Positions 1 through 10,318 of a DNA stretch of 64,000 nt are shown here, piece after piece. This DNA is from Sphingobacterium sp. (lineage in GTDB: Bacteria > Bacteroidota > Bacteroidia > Sphingobacteriales > Sphingobacteriaceae). The position numbers were made by a program, and so were the translations under genes. The stretch lies in contig JAITLV010000065.1 in the NCBI GenBank assembly GCA_031277685.1, positions 49,417 through 113,416 on the forward strand. The letters are read 5' to 3'. The notes under the pieces were generated by a model. The model did not search any database and was not told the DNA's origin. It saw only the letters and a list, made by a program, of their open reading frames with translations. Numbering within the stretch: the first letter of the stretch is position 1; the number at the start of each line of letters is the position of its first letter.

Positions 1-507
1 ACCATGTATAAATTTGATTGGACTGAACGTATGGTTGGCATCTCCCTGGGCGTTATTGGCTTATTGATAGGTCTGGTGCAAGGTGTACTGATCCGCTGGA
101 CAACACCGAAACTCGGAGAACAAAAAAGTATCTATTATGGGCTGATATTTTATGCACTTGGACTATTATTGTTTGCTTTTGCCAGCCAGGGCTGGATGAT
201 GTTTGTTTTCCTAATCCCCTATTGCCTGGGTGGAATATGTGGGCCTGCGTTACAATCTGTCATTACCAAAAACGTTCCTTCAAACGAACAAGGAGAACTT
301 CAAGGTGCATTAACAAGTTTAATGAGCGCAACATCAATTATTGGCCCGCCCATGATGACCAATTTATTTTATTTTTTCACCCATGATAAAGCACCATTTA
401 AATTTTCCGGAGCGCCATTTTTTCTTGCGTTTATTTTAATGACTATCAGTGTCATTATTGTATATTCGGCCTTCAAACGAAAGGCTAAAGAGCAAATCGG
501 AAATTAA
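1..507 (+). CDS. TCR/Tet-family MFS transporter, C-terminal part (5' end outside window)
   Basis: Multiple TM helices; GPALQS...NEQGELQGALTSL...IIGP typical of TetA-like MFS C-half. Confidence 0.85.
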   Translation, partial: TMYKFDWTERMVGISLGVIGLLIGLVQGVLIRWTTPKLGEQKSIYYGLIFYALGLLLFAFASQGWMMFVFLIPYCLGGICGPALQSVITKNVPSNEQGELQGALTSLMSATSIIGPPMMTNLFYFFTHDKAPFKFSGAPFFLAFILMTISVIIVYSAFKRKAKEQIGN

Positions 508-532
508 TTATAGAAACAAGCTTATCAGTATG

Positions 533-567
533 ATGGTTCATCCATCCCATCTACTTGGATGAACCAT
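533..567. terminator. Hairpin between convergent genes
   Basis: ATGGTTCATCCA...TGGATGAACCAT 12-bp inverted repeat, T-run shortly after. Confidence 0.6.
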
Positions 568-722
568 AACTTTTTCCTATACTAGTTGCAATACCTGATG
601 ATCTGAACAGATAAAAATAGAAGCTCCATAAAATTTTGGCGAAGAAGCGTGTCAGCATCAGCCAAAAGAATTGATAATTCAGCACAGATGATCATTAAAA
701 GTTAGTACAATGAAAAACCAAA

Positions 723-1292
723 CTATAGCTTCGATTTCAATCGGCTGAGTGTCTCTTGTGAAATATTGAGATAAGACGCCACCAATCTATTGGATAATCT
801 CCGTACGATCATAGGGTTCTCCTTCAGCAATTGTTGATATTTCTCCAATGCATCCTGCATTAAAAAAGACATTAGTCGTCTTGTATTGGTTACATAAGCT
901 AATTCTAGGTAAATTCTATAAAACTTTTCCCATTGCGGAATGACTCCTAACAGATAATAAAAATCTTTATGGTTGATGGCGTAGATTTCAGACTCTTCTA
1001 CCGCCTGAATAAATTCATCTGATTCCTCAGCAGTAATAAAACTAACGAGGGCTGTTGCAAATTGGTTCTCAAAAGCAAAATAGCGCGTTGCCTCCTGTCC
1101 ACTTTCATTGATAAAAAAAATCCGCAAGCATCCCCTGGTAATAAAAAATGAACGCTGGCTGATTTCGCCATTAGCCAGCACCAGTTCATTTTTCCTTAAT
1201 TTGATAGGTTTGAAAAAACCAAGTATTATATCCAGTTCCGCATCTGTTACAGCGATCTTACTGGTTATATAGGAGGTCAATAAATCATTCAT
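723..1292 (-). CDS. Crp/Fnr family transcriptional regulator
   Basis: cNMP-binding-like N-domain (GCLRIFFINESGQE); C-terminal VASYLNISQETLSR HTH. Confidence 0.9.
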   Translation of the reverse strand: MNDLLTSYITSKIAVTDAELDIILGFFKPIKLRKNELVLANGEISQRSFFITRGCLRIFFINESGQEATRYFAFENQFATALVSFITAEESDEFIQAVEESEIYAINHKDFYYLLGVIPQWEKFYRIYLELAYVTNTRRLMSFLMQDALEKYQQLLKENPMIVRRLSNRLVASYLNISQETLSRLKSKL

Positions 1293-1364
1293 GCGTTTGT
1301 TCTAAATCCTTTACAGGCAAAGGTAACAAAATTGCAAAGACAAATTTATTGCATAGACCGAAGT

Positions 1365-2117
1365 TTAGGGATTCAATCTATCAAGGCCATCACCTTCCGA
1401 GACGCCAATTCGCCAATATGAACAAGCATACATATCTTTTGGATTCCATTCTCTATCGACACGGAAATAAGTACGTAGATTCTTGACCGTCGTATATTCT
1501 GCAGCCAGATAGATATAACTGTTCAGATGCTCATTCTCAAACCGCAAGGTCTTTACCTGTGCCACAAGATCACTTCCCATTTCTGGATGTAGATTATGGA
1601 TCCATTTCAGATCTAAATCAGCGTCAGTATAAAGTTCCAGTTCATCTTCTACCGTCGCCACCTCAATCAGCGCTTTTACTTCCGTATTGGCCGGCAATTC
1701 TTCTAAAATAGCCGAAATAACAGGCAAAGCGGTTGCATCGCCAATGAGCAGATAGCGATCTGTTAATGGCACTAAGGGGCGAAGACTTTGTTTCATACCA
1801 ATTTCCAAATGATCTCCAGCTTTGGCATGTGTTGCCCAAGCAGAAGCCAGACCAGCTTCTCCATGATGTACAAAATCTATAGAAAGTTCTTTTGCCATAA
1901 GGTCTATTTTACGATTGGTGTATGTTCTGATTTGTGGTTTTTCACCGCTTGGAGATGAAAAGAATAATTTATTATTGGAACCCGACCGAACATTTGAAAG
2001 CCAGACAAGCTGTTCTTCATTCATTTCAAAAACGATGCGAATGAGATGTGGACTAAGATACCGTTTGGATTTTACAATAAATAACGAGCGTATTTTTTTT
2101 GATTCTATTTCGTTCAT
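1365..2117 (-). CDS. Siderophore-interacting protein (ViuB/YqjH-like flavin ferric reductase)
   Basis: RTYT, IDFVHH, GLASAWA, LIGDATALP, YW motifs; ATG 2117 preferred over 2168, which overlaps ribB. Confidence 0.88.
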   Translation of the reverse strand: MNEIESKKIRSLFIVKSKRYLSPHLIRIVFEMNEEQLVWLSNVRSGSNNKLFFSSPSGEKPQIRTYTNRKIDLMAKELSIDFVHHGEAGLASAWATHAKAGDHLEIGMKQSLRPLVPLTDRYLLIGDATALPVISAILEELPANTEVKALIEVATVEDELELYTDADLDLKWIHNLHPEMGSDLVAQVKTLRFENEHLNSYIYLAAEYTTVKNLRTYFRVDREWNPKDMYACSYWRIGVSEGDGLDRLNP

Positions 2118-2139
2118 AAACAAGATAATTTTTGATCGG

Positions 2140-2784
2140 CTATTTGTAATTTGATATTCTGTAAGCAATAATATCCGCTATTGACAATACCGTAAGGTCT
2201 ACCTTTAATGCAAATGCTACAATTTGTGGCAAACGGGACATGCTACCATCGTCATTCATCAGTTCACATAGTACTGACATCGGTTGTAGTCCGGCTAAAC
2301 GCATCAGATCGATACTCCCTTCCGTATGTCCGTTTCTGCTCAATACACCATTATCATGTGCCCGTAAAGGAAAAATATGCCCAGGACGAACCAAATCCTG
2401 TGGTATAGCTCCACTTGCACAGGCGGCTTTTATAGTCGCAAGCCGATCCGAAGCAGAAAGTCCTGTTGTTGCACCCAATCTAGCATCAATAGACACTGTA
2501 AACGGAGTTTGATAGGGACTCGAATTATCTGTAACCATATAGGGTAATTCCAGCTCATCCGCTTTTTCATGTGTCAGACAGAGACAAATCACACCACTAC
2601 AATAGCGAATCATCTGTACCATATCCGCATGGTTCATTTTTTCTGCCGAAAAAATAAGATCACCCTCATTCTCTCGATCCGCGTTGTCAATGAGCAAAAC
2701 ACCTTTTCCTTTGCGGAGTTCAGTAAGTGCACATTCGACTCTTTCCCGTGCATTTCTACCAAATACATCCAATAAATTTTCCAT
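2140..2784 (-). CDS. ribB: 3,4-dihydroxy-2-butanone-4-phosphate synthase
   Basis: DRENEGDL, FTVSID, RPGHIFPL, RNGHTEG, LCELMNDDG motifs. Confidence 0.95.
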   Translation of the reverse strand: MENLLDVFGRNARERVECALTELRKGKGVLLIDNADRENEGDLIFSAEKMNHADMVQMIRYCSGVICLCLTHEKADELELPYMVTDNSSPYQTPFTVSIDARLGATTGLSASDRLATIKAACASGAIPQDLVRPGHIFPLRAHDNGVLSRNGHTEGSIDLMRLAGLQPMSVLCELMNDDGSMSRLPQIVAFALKVDLTVLSIADIIAYRISNYK

Positions 2785-2897
2785 TATTTTTTATTTAATC
2801 AATATTTTAGTTCCATCCATTATCACAGGATAGTCCAACAATGTTTTATTCTCCTCCATAAGAACACTTTATTAAAGTCTATAACCTAAGAAAGTGT

Positions 2898-2940
2898 ATT
2901 GAACGGGTAATATCCAAAAAGAGGACATTACCCGTTCAAT
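2898..2940. other. 14-bp perfect inverted repeat in the ribB upstream region
   Basis: ATTGAACGGGTAAT...ATTACCCGTTCAAT. Confidence 0.6.
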
Positions 2941-2988
2941 GATCTCATAGTTCGAGGACAAAGATCAATAGCCGCTTCTCCCTAAACA

Positions 2989-3002
2989 TTGACTTAAGTC
3001 AA
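2989..3002. promoter_or_regulatory. FNR/Crp-type palindromic operator
   Basis: Perfect TTGAC-TTAA-GTCAA upstream of a minus-strand -7-like element (TGATCTTTG); Crp/Fnr gene lies downstream. Confidence 0.6.
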
Positions 3003-3056
3003 AAAACGATTTTTAGTTTAATTATAATTGAGGTCTTATTTTGATGATCAAATAAA

Positions 3057-4175
3057 TCATTGTGGTTGTTGCTGGGTCACACAATGAATCATTCCACCGT
3101 TCGCGTATAAATTTCTCACATCAATACCAATTAATTTTCTGTCTGGATAAAGGCGCTGAATCAGTCCATTCGCTACAGCATCGTTGGGATCATTATAATT
3201 TGGCACCAATACACAATTATTAGCGATATAATAATTTACATAGGAGCCCCTATAGCCCAAATTTTTACCGTACGTTGTCACGACATTAGATACTGTTAGT
3301 GGGAGTTTAACTAAATTATAGGGCTTATTTTGTACATCCTTTGCAGCATATAGTGTGCGAATATCTTTTGCAGAAACTTCCCATTCCAATAAATCCTCCT
3401 CGCCCATCGTCACTATCGTCCCCGGATTCGCAAATCTGGCAAAACCATCAATGTGCATATCCGTAATCTCCAATCCTGCCTTGCCATCTAGCCATATAAA
3501 ATGCTTTGTTCCTAAATATTTGGTAAAAATCTCTTCGGCTTGCCTTTGTGTCATTCCAGGATTTCGATTATTGTTCAAAATCGCACTTTTCGTTGCGAGT
3601 AAAGTTCCCCGCCCATCAATTTCAATAGCGCCACCTTCGTTAATCATCAAATTATTAAGATCTATACGCTTAAAAGCCTGGTTATTTGCTATTTTAGCTG
3701 GAATCTGATCGCAGTTTTGATAATCTGCTTTTTCGCCCCAGCCATTAAATCCCCAATCTTCAATCACCAATTGTCCTTGTCGATCGTGTACATAGATCGG
3801 CCCATTATCCCGTACCCAAACGTCATCTGTTGGATAATTATTGAAGTCTATATGACTTAGAGAAACTCCTGCCTCAGTTAAAAGACCTTTAATTCGTTCC
3901 TCCTCTGCAGCGTCATAAGCAATAATATGGACTTTTTCACCTTCGACCAATGCTTTGGTCATATTTATCCATGTCGCATCCAAACGATTACGATAAGTCG
4001 AACCATACTGATATTGGTGTGGCCACTGCAACCAAGTACCCTCGTGCGGTGCCGATTCTTCGGGTATGATGTATTGGATTGTCGTATCCAAAGTTGGCTT
4101 GTAATCCTGCTCCTGTTTACATGAAGAAAGAATACTGAGTAGGGTGATCATTACGATTTGCATTTTTTTTATCAT
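3057..4175 (-). CDS. Agmatine deiminase / peptidylarginine deiminase family lipoprotein
   Basis: DVWVRDNGP, EGGAIE, HIDG, GGMIHCVTQQ catalytic Cys; lipobox LSSC. Confidence 0.9.
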   Translation of the reverse strand: MIKKMQIVMITLLSILSSCKQEQDYKPTLDTTIQYIIPEESAPHEGTWLQWPHQYQYGSTYRNRLDATWINMTKALVEGEKVHIIAYDAAEEERIKGLLTEAGVSLSHIDFNNYPTDDVWVRDNGPIYVHDRQGQLVIEDWGFNGWGEKADYQNCDQIPAKIANNQAFKRIDLNNLMINEGGAIEIDGRGTLLATKSAILNNNRNPGMTQRQAEEIFTKYLGTKHFIWLDGKAGLEITDMHIDGFARFANPGTIVTMGEEDLLEWEVSAKDIRTLYAAKDVQNKPYNLVKLPLTVSNVVTTYGKNLGYRGSYVNYYIANNCVLVPNYNDPNDAVANGLIQRLYPDRKLIGIDVRNLYANGGMIHCVTQQQPQ

Positions 4176-4242
4176 TTTTAAATTCCTTATTTCCGACAAA
4201 ATAAAGGATAAATCCAGGTCATGTGTTGTCCAAAATTGACAA

Positions 4243-5070
4243 CTATTTTTGTTGTAACGGAATTAAGATTTCAGTGACATAATCAATGGCATCGGTTGTA
4301 TTCGTTTCATTTTTCACATAGCGTTCCAGGATAGGATCACTGTCAAAGACATACATATCCTGCGAAAGACTATCTTTATAAATCTGTCGGTAAGTATCCA
4401 TTATGGTATGATAATCACCCCGATGGATATACCGAAGGTATCTTCGTCCCATAATATGTTTCGAAAAAAAGAGCGTATTGCCGGGATCCTCATCTACACA
4501 AGCTTCGTACCGACATTTCAATCGGTCAGTGATCAGGGGCTGATCGACAATAATGCCATAATATCCAGCAGTAAAATCCGCAGCAAGCAACGAGTCAATA
4601 TGAGCCCATAGCTGATCGATCTCCCGATTGCGGTATTGATCTGTATGTATACCGATGCTAAAAACCTGTTGTGTTTTTAAAAAGATTACGTCATATGGGA
4701 TAGGTTGATACTCGGCTTTCAGACCAGCGATAAAATCAAAGAAAACATGTTTTTTTTCATCACGTGCGTTGCTAGGTGATTGCCCGAATTGTTTTTTGAA
4801 TGATTTGGAGAACGCCTGTAGACTATCAAAGCCCACAGCGTAGGCAATCGTACTGATGGAATCATTGCTGTAGATTAGTTTTTTATACGCATTTTCAAGT
4901 TTTAATCGTTTTTGAAATACGCCAATCGACTCATTAAAAATATGCTTAAATATCCGTTGTGTATTGCGGTACGAATAATTGGATAGTTTCTCCAGCATTT
5001 GAATAGAAAGATCTTCATTGTAATGCAATTCAATGTACCTAATGATCTGTTGAATTTTTGCTAAACTCAT
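4243..5070 (-). CDS. AraC family regulator with GyrI-like effector domain
   Basis: N-terminal AraC HTH (IAYAVGFDSLQAFSKSFKK); C-terminal CRYEAC/HRGDY/LERY GyrI-like. Confidence 0.88.
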   Translation of the reverse strand: MSLAKIQQIIRYIELHYNEDLSIQMLEKLSNYSYRNTQRIFKHIFNESIGVFQKRLKLENAYKKLIYSNDSISTIAYAVGFDSLQAFSKSFKKQFGQSPSNARDEKKHVFFDFIAGLKAEYQPIPYDVIFLKTQQVFSIGIHTDQYRNREIDQLWAHIDSLLAADFTAGYYGIIVDQPLITDRLKCRYEACVDEDPGNTLFFSKHIMGRRYLRYIHRGDYHTIMDTYRQIYKDSLSQDMYVFDSDPILERYVKNETNTTDAIDYVTEILIPLQQK

Positions 5071-5181
5071 CCTGCAATTGTAAAACTATCTATTCAGTTT
5101 TTCTAAGTTAGTAAAACTTCCTTCAATTCGCCATAGTGCAATGCACTTGTGTATATTTGTATAAGATACCAGCAATCCATT

Positions 5182-6476
5182 ATGAACAAAATAATCCGAT
5201 TTTTTGATTTGCATCCAGGTGAAGAGCGGAAAGAGGCCGTCTTGGAAAATGTCATCAACAACATATCATTCCGTGGTGCGAACGCATGGATTTTGGCCTG
5301 CGCCATTGTTATTGCTTCTGTTGGCCTGAATGTCAATTCAACTGCGGTCATTATTGGCGCCATGTTGATTTCCCCCTTAATGGGCCCTATTGTTGGCGCC
5401 GGATTTGCACTCGGGACCTTTGATTTCCAATTGCTGAAAAATCAATCAAAAATCTGCTTATTGCCACACTGATTAGCTTAATCGTATCCTTTTTCTACTT
5501 CCTTCTAAGTCCATTCAAAGAGGCACAATCGGAATTACTGGCACGTACCTCGCCTAATATCTATGACGTACTTATCGCGCTTTTTGGTGGATTGGTCGGT
5601 GTTATTGCCATCACTCGTGTGGATAAAGGTAATCCAATACCTGGCGTGGCAATCGCTACAGCCCTGATGCCTCCCCTCTGTACCGCCGGTTATGGCTTAG
5701 CCATCGGTAATTTAAGCTATTTCGCGGGGGCATTATTCCTATATATTATCAATTGCGTATTTATTTGTATCGCGACATTTACGATCGTAAAATATCTGCG
5801 ATACCCAAAAAAACATTATGTTGATCCGAAGCGGGAGAAGAGAATAAGTCAGAGTATTACACTGATTACCCTTGCATTGGTCATTCCAAGCTTATATTTC
5901 GCTTATAATCTCCTACAGGAAAAGAAATACAGCAATAAAATCAAACAATTTGTACAACAAGAGTTTGGTGATAAGGGCTATACCGTTGTCTACGAAAAAT
6001 TACGGACCAACCCAAAACGTCTGGAATTGGCTTTTTTGGCAAAAAAATTCAGTGACCAGGAAATTACCGCATTAAAGAAATCCATGGAATCATTTGGCAT
6101 AGCGCAGACTGACCTTATTATTCGCCAGGATAGTCTTGACTTAAAAACGACGATCCTCAGTGAAATTGATAAGCGTAGCGCGGCTGTAAACGATAAAGAT
6201 TTAACAATACGGGCACTTAATAATGAACTCGCCAAATATCAGGTAGCAAGTCCACAATTGGACCAGGATCTGTCGGTCCTTTTTCCAGAACTACAATCCT
6301 ATAGCATCGGCCAACAACAGTATTATGCAAAAAAAGACAGCCTGGCAAATGTGGTTGCCTTTATTTATTCTTCAAAAGCACCTCTAGCGCTAACACAGCA
6401 GACAAAATTACGTCTTTGGATGAAAAACCGTTTTCCGAAAGATAGCTTAGAGATTATCGCTACGAAATCTAAATAG
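5182..6476 (+). pseudogene. DUF389/TIGR00341 membrane protein, frameshifted at the A5 run 5437-5441
   Basis: AVIIGAMLISPLMGPI in one frame; ELLARTSPNIYD and IPGVAIATALMPPLC in the next; one extra A restores a continuous ORF. Confidence 0.8.
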
Positions 6477-6596
6477 AACACCCATATACCCAATAAATGG
6501 ATACACCTCTATTCCGATTTTTCAATTTTTGGATCGAATTCTTCATTTCCTGTACTATTGTTCTACCTAATTTTGCAAGCAGTAGAAACAGGTATA

Positions 6597-7844
6597 ATGA
6601 CAAACACTACAACTATAGCAGATACAGCCTCAGTTAGAGATATTCGCATTCAGACAGAACAGCACAAACCAACACTCACGGCACCACTCCTATGGCTTAT
6701 TACATTGGCCACGGGTATCGTAGTCGGAAACAATTATTACAACCAACCTCTTTTGGGTCTAATGGCGGAGGACTTTCATGTCACAGAAACAACAATTAGC
6801 ACAATCGCCATGCTTACACAAATTGGTTTCGCAATGGGTCTTCTTTTTATCGTTCCATTGGGAGATATGCTGCCGCGTAAAAAATTAATATTGTCTATTT
6901 TCATCTTAATCATTTCATCCTTGGCCGGCATGGTATTGTCGCCTACGGTCCCCTGGCTCTATTTAGCTAGCTTTATGGTCGGATTCAGTTCCATCGTACC
7001 ACAGATGCTCGTCCCGCTTACCGCGGAACTCGCCCGACCGGAAAAACGCAATGCATCTATCGGTATGGTCATGAGTGGTTTACTCTTAGGGATTTTATTA
7101 TCGCGTGTAGCAGCAGGCTTTGTCGGCGATCTTTGGGGCTGGAAAGTGATCTATTACATCGCAATAGGCTGTATGATATGTTTAATGCTATTGCTGGCCG
7201 TAAAACTACCGGATGTGAAACCGACATTCAACGGGAATTATGGGCAACTTATGCATTCACTTATCCACCTCACAAAGACACAACCTGTGCTTCGTCTAGC
7301 CGCTTTTCGGGGAGCACTTGGCTTCGCGGGATTCAGTGCATTTTGGATTACATTAGTATTCCATCTACAGGAAGCACCATTTCATGCGGGATCCGCGGTA
7401 GCAGGCTCCTTTGGATTAATAGGTGCTGTTGGTGCCCTTGCCGCTTCAGCCATGGGTAAAATAACGGCAAGAGTATCCACTTATACAATCATCCTATTAG
7501 CCATATTTTTACTTCTTGGAAGCTGGATCATTTTCTATTTTGGCGGATACAGTTATATCGGTTTGATCCTCGGCGTCATTTTAATAGACCTGGGATTACA
7601 GGTCATGCATGTCAGCAATCAATCGTCTTTTTTTGCACTGAATTTGGGGGCTACCAATAGATTAAATACAGTATATATGTTTAGTTATTTTGCCGGTGGC
7701 TCCTTTGGCAGTTACCTGGCATCTCAGGCATGGCATTATTTCCAATGGAATGGGGTTGTATGTACCGGGCTCACTTGTACACTTCTTGTCCTGTTCGCCC
7801 ACCTCCGTTATGCCAAGCGAAAGTCGCCAGAATCTGTAGTCTAG
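6597..7844 (+). CDS. MFS transporter
   Basis: NNYYNQPLL, VPLGDMLPRK, RLNTVYM motifs; about 12 TM segments. Confidence 0.9.
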   Translation: MTNTTTIADTASVRDIRIQTEQHKPTLTAPLLWLITLATGIVVGNNYYNQPLLGLMAEDFHVTETTISTIAMLTQIGFAMGLLFIVPLGDMLPRKKLILSIFILIISSLAGMVLSPTVPWLYLASFMVGFSSIVPQMLVPLTAELARPEKRNASIGMVMSGLLLGILLSRVAAGFVGDLWGWKVIYYIAIGCMICLMLLLAVKLPDVKPTFNGNYGQLMHSLIHLTKTQPVLRLAAFRGALGFAGFSAFWITLVFHLQEAPFHAGSAVAGSFGLIGAVGALAASAMGKITARVSTYTIILLAIFLLLGSWIIFYFGGYSYIGLILGVILIDLGLQVMHVSNQSSFFALNLGATNRLNTVYMFSYFAGGSFGSYLASQAWHYFQWNGVVCTGLTCTLLVLFAHLRYAKRKSPESVV

Positions 7845-7874
7845 TTGTTCTCTAACTTCATTGCCGGCCATTAT

Positions 7875-7917
7875 TAGAACAGTCCCAATTAGCTCTTATA
7901 TGATTGGGACTGTTCTA
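7875..7917. terminator. Hairpin between convergent genes
   Basis: TAGAACAGTCCCAAT...ATTGGGACTGTTCTA. Confidence 0.65.
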
Positions 7918-7933
7918 CATCAATCCTTTCCGA

Positions 7934-8857
7934 TTATTTATTGAAGTCAGGGTAAGGAAACCCTGTCCCCGTTTCACAGAGAAATCTTAAGCTCCTAAAA
8001 AACAACGCCCAATCATAACTACAGGATGCAAATTCACCACTATACTTATCCCAACCATCATGATGAAACAACAGTGTACAACCCTTCTGATGAGGTATTA
8101 GTTCAAAAGACAATGTGGTTCCTACCCACTCCTCAAATCCCTTCATACACTGCCATACAACAAGTGAGTAAGGATTTAACCTAAGGACTTTCATTTCCTT
8201 AAAATAGTCGGGACCAAAGCCAAATCTCAGTACACTACCGACTTCCGCAGCAGCAATCGTATCCGGAGTCCACCAGCCCGCAAGCCCCTGCTGTGTGGTA
8301 ATTGCTTGGTACACTTTTTCCACCGGAGATTTGATCAACAATCTATGGTAGATACTTTTACCCTTTTGTTTCGCCAATAATTGTTCTTTAACTTTCGCTA
8401 GAGACGGTGTACTCTCTTTGGGCGTAGCAAGTCCCTGCCCTGTTAGAATCAATTGCTTCAGACTTTCCTGTATATAATATGTCCATGCATCATGGCATAC
8501 TGTATAGCATTCCATATCCGGTACAAGGCCTTGATGGGTAAACTTTAGTTGCGTCATCGTTCCATTTTCAATAATATCAAATATCACATAACTATCCACC
8601 CACTCCTGTGTGTCATTGACGAATTTGAAATGGTTTTCCAATACCTGCCATACAACACTGACCTCAGGTTTTATCTCAACGATCTTTATCTTGCAGGTAT
8701 GTATATCCTGATAATGATAGGAAAACACATCATTTACTGCAGCCGTAGATCCTTCAATGTTTTCGGACCACCATCCCCTGACATTGGTAATCGCTTTGAA
8801 TACCTGCTGAGGTTCCGCTTCCACAGTGATTTCTGTTGTAAAATCCAGTTTTTTCAT
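7934..8857 (-). CDS. Tandem SRPBCC/AHSA1-like domain protein
   Basis: Two repeats of V(F/Y)xAIT...GWW...W.C/V...EWV...F.H.G. Confidence 0.85.
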   Translation of the reverse strand: MKKLDFTTEITVEAEPQQVFKAITNVRGWWSENIEGSTAAVNDVFSYHYQDIHTCKIKIVEIKPEVSVVWQVLENHFKFVNDTQEWVDSYVIFDIIENGTMTQLKFTHQGLVPDMECYTVCHDAWTYYIQESLKQLILTGQGLATPKESTPSLAKVKEQLLAKQKGKSIYHRLLIKSPVEKVYQAITTQQGLAGWWTPDTIAAAEVGSVLRFGFGPDYFKEMKVLRLNPYSLVVWQCMKGFEEWVGTTLSFELIPHQKGCTLLFHHDGWDKYSGEFASCSYDWALFFRSLRFLCETGTGFPYPDFNK

Positions 8858-8889
8858 AATTTATTTTTCTTTGTTCGTACGTATATTGT

Positions 8890-8923
8890 TTCTAGGTTAA
8901 CAAGTGTTCTAGGTTAACAAGTG
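8890..8923. repeat. Perfect 17-bp tandem duplication
   Basis: TTCTAGGTTAACAAGTG x2. Confidence 0.9.
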
Positions 8924-9106
8924 TCAAAGCGCAGGATTTGAAGCCTGTCTCTATCTCCAATCACAACCTTGAATCAAAGGTATTGAGATTTACGGGCTAA
9001 AACAGGGTGTAAAATAGACATTCTGAGAGGTTGATTTGGACAATATATTTCTTTATATTTGAATAACAGACAATAAATCAGGTTATTCAATTTTAAACCA
9101 AGAGAG

Positions 9107-10096
9107 ATGAAGCATTTAGCTATATTGGTTCCTGAGGTCCAAACCGGCCCCAACACGTTATCTTGTATTGTGGGTACCTACCATATCTTTACAGAGGCCA
9201 ATAGGTATTACCATCAAAACCATGACAAGATGCTATTTGAAATTGAGCTGGTAGGTCTTTCTGGGCAGTCAAGTTTCTTAAATGGCTTGCTGGCAGTCAA
9301 ACCACAAAAGGAGATTTCTGCTATCGACAAAACCGATTTAATCATTATCCCAGCAATAGCGCCAAACTTTACGGTTTTAGAAACAAAAAACATTCCTTTC
9401 GTCAATTGGCTACGTAACCAATATACCCATGGCGCCCATATTGCCAGCATGTGTACAGGAGCTTATGTACTGGCCTCCACAGGTCTGTTAGAAAGGAAAA
9501 ACTGTTCAATCCACTGGAATGCAGAGGCAAATTTCCAGCAGTTATTCCCCAACGTCAGCATGAAAACAGATAGCATCATAACCGATGAACAAGGAATCTA
9601 TACAAATGGTGGCGGATATTCTTTTTTACAGCTCCTTATCTATTTGGTTGAAAGGTATTATGATCGCCAGACAGCTATCTATTGCTCCAAGATATTCCAA
9701 ATTGACATCAATAGACAGCAACAATCGGATTTCGTCATCTTTAACGGTCAAAAAAAACACGGTGATGAAATGGTCATTAAAGCACAGGAATACATTGAGC
9801 AAAATTTCGCGGAGAAAATTTCGATTCAGAAGCTAGCAGAACAACTTACAGTTGGCCGAAGAAGTTTTGACAGAAGATTTATAAAAGCCACAGGTAATAC
9901 ACCTATTGAATATTTACAGCGCGTAAAAATAGAATCAGCAAAAAAAGAACTAGAAACCTCCACAAAAACAGTTCATGAAGTCATGTACGAAGTGGGCTAT
10001 GCTGATTCCAAAGCATTTAGAGAAATATTCCGAAAAGTTACGGGCCTTTCTCCCTTAGCCTATCGTAGCAAGTACAACAAATCCGCATTGAAATAA
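9107..10096 (+). CDS. GlxA-family AraC regulator (DJ-1/PfpI + HTH)
   Basis: ASMCTGAYVLA, IHW, YTNGG; C-terminal AraC HTH. Confidence 0.92.
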   Translation: MKHLAILVPEVQTGPNTLSCIVGTYHIFTEANRYYHQNHDKMLFEIELVGLSGQSSFLNGLLAVKPQKEISAIDKTDLIIIPAIAPNFTVLETKNIPFVNWLRNQYTHGAHIASMCTGAYVLASTGLLERKNCSIHWNAEANFQQLFPNVSMKTDSIITDEQGIYTNGGGYSFLQLLIYLVERYYDRQTAIYCSKIFQIDINRQQQSDFVIFNGQKKHGDEMVIKAQEYIEQNFAEKISIQKLAEQLTVGRRSFDRRFIKATGNTPIEYLQRVKIESAKKELETSTKTVHEVMYEVGYADSKAFREIFRKVTGLSPLAYRSKYNKSALK

Positions 10097-10318
10097 TAAA
10101 CCTTCCAATATGCCATCTGTCCTATTAACTCTTTTTTAATTGACACATACTGACCAATTTACCTTTACAAAGGTCACAAATAAAATTATAGTAACGTTTA
10201 TTTTTCAAGATAAACATAAATGTGCCGCAAGAAATAGGATAATTGATGAGCGCGTTTTTTAACATTTGTAAAATGTTGGTAACATTCCAATTCAGACCTT
10301 TGTATAAAAGAAAAAAAT

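Noticed and set aside
2785-3056. FMN riboswitch upstream of ribB
   Set aside because: No RFN signatures (AGGGCGGGGTGAAATTCCC, GGATG.GAGA) on either strand.
10097-10318. Guanidine riboswitch upstream of the SugE/Gdx-like gene
   Set aside because: No twin ACGR-loop hairpins or ykkC core visible.
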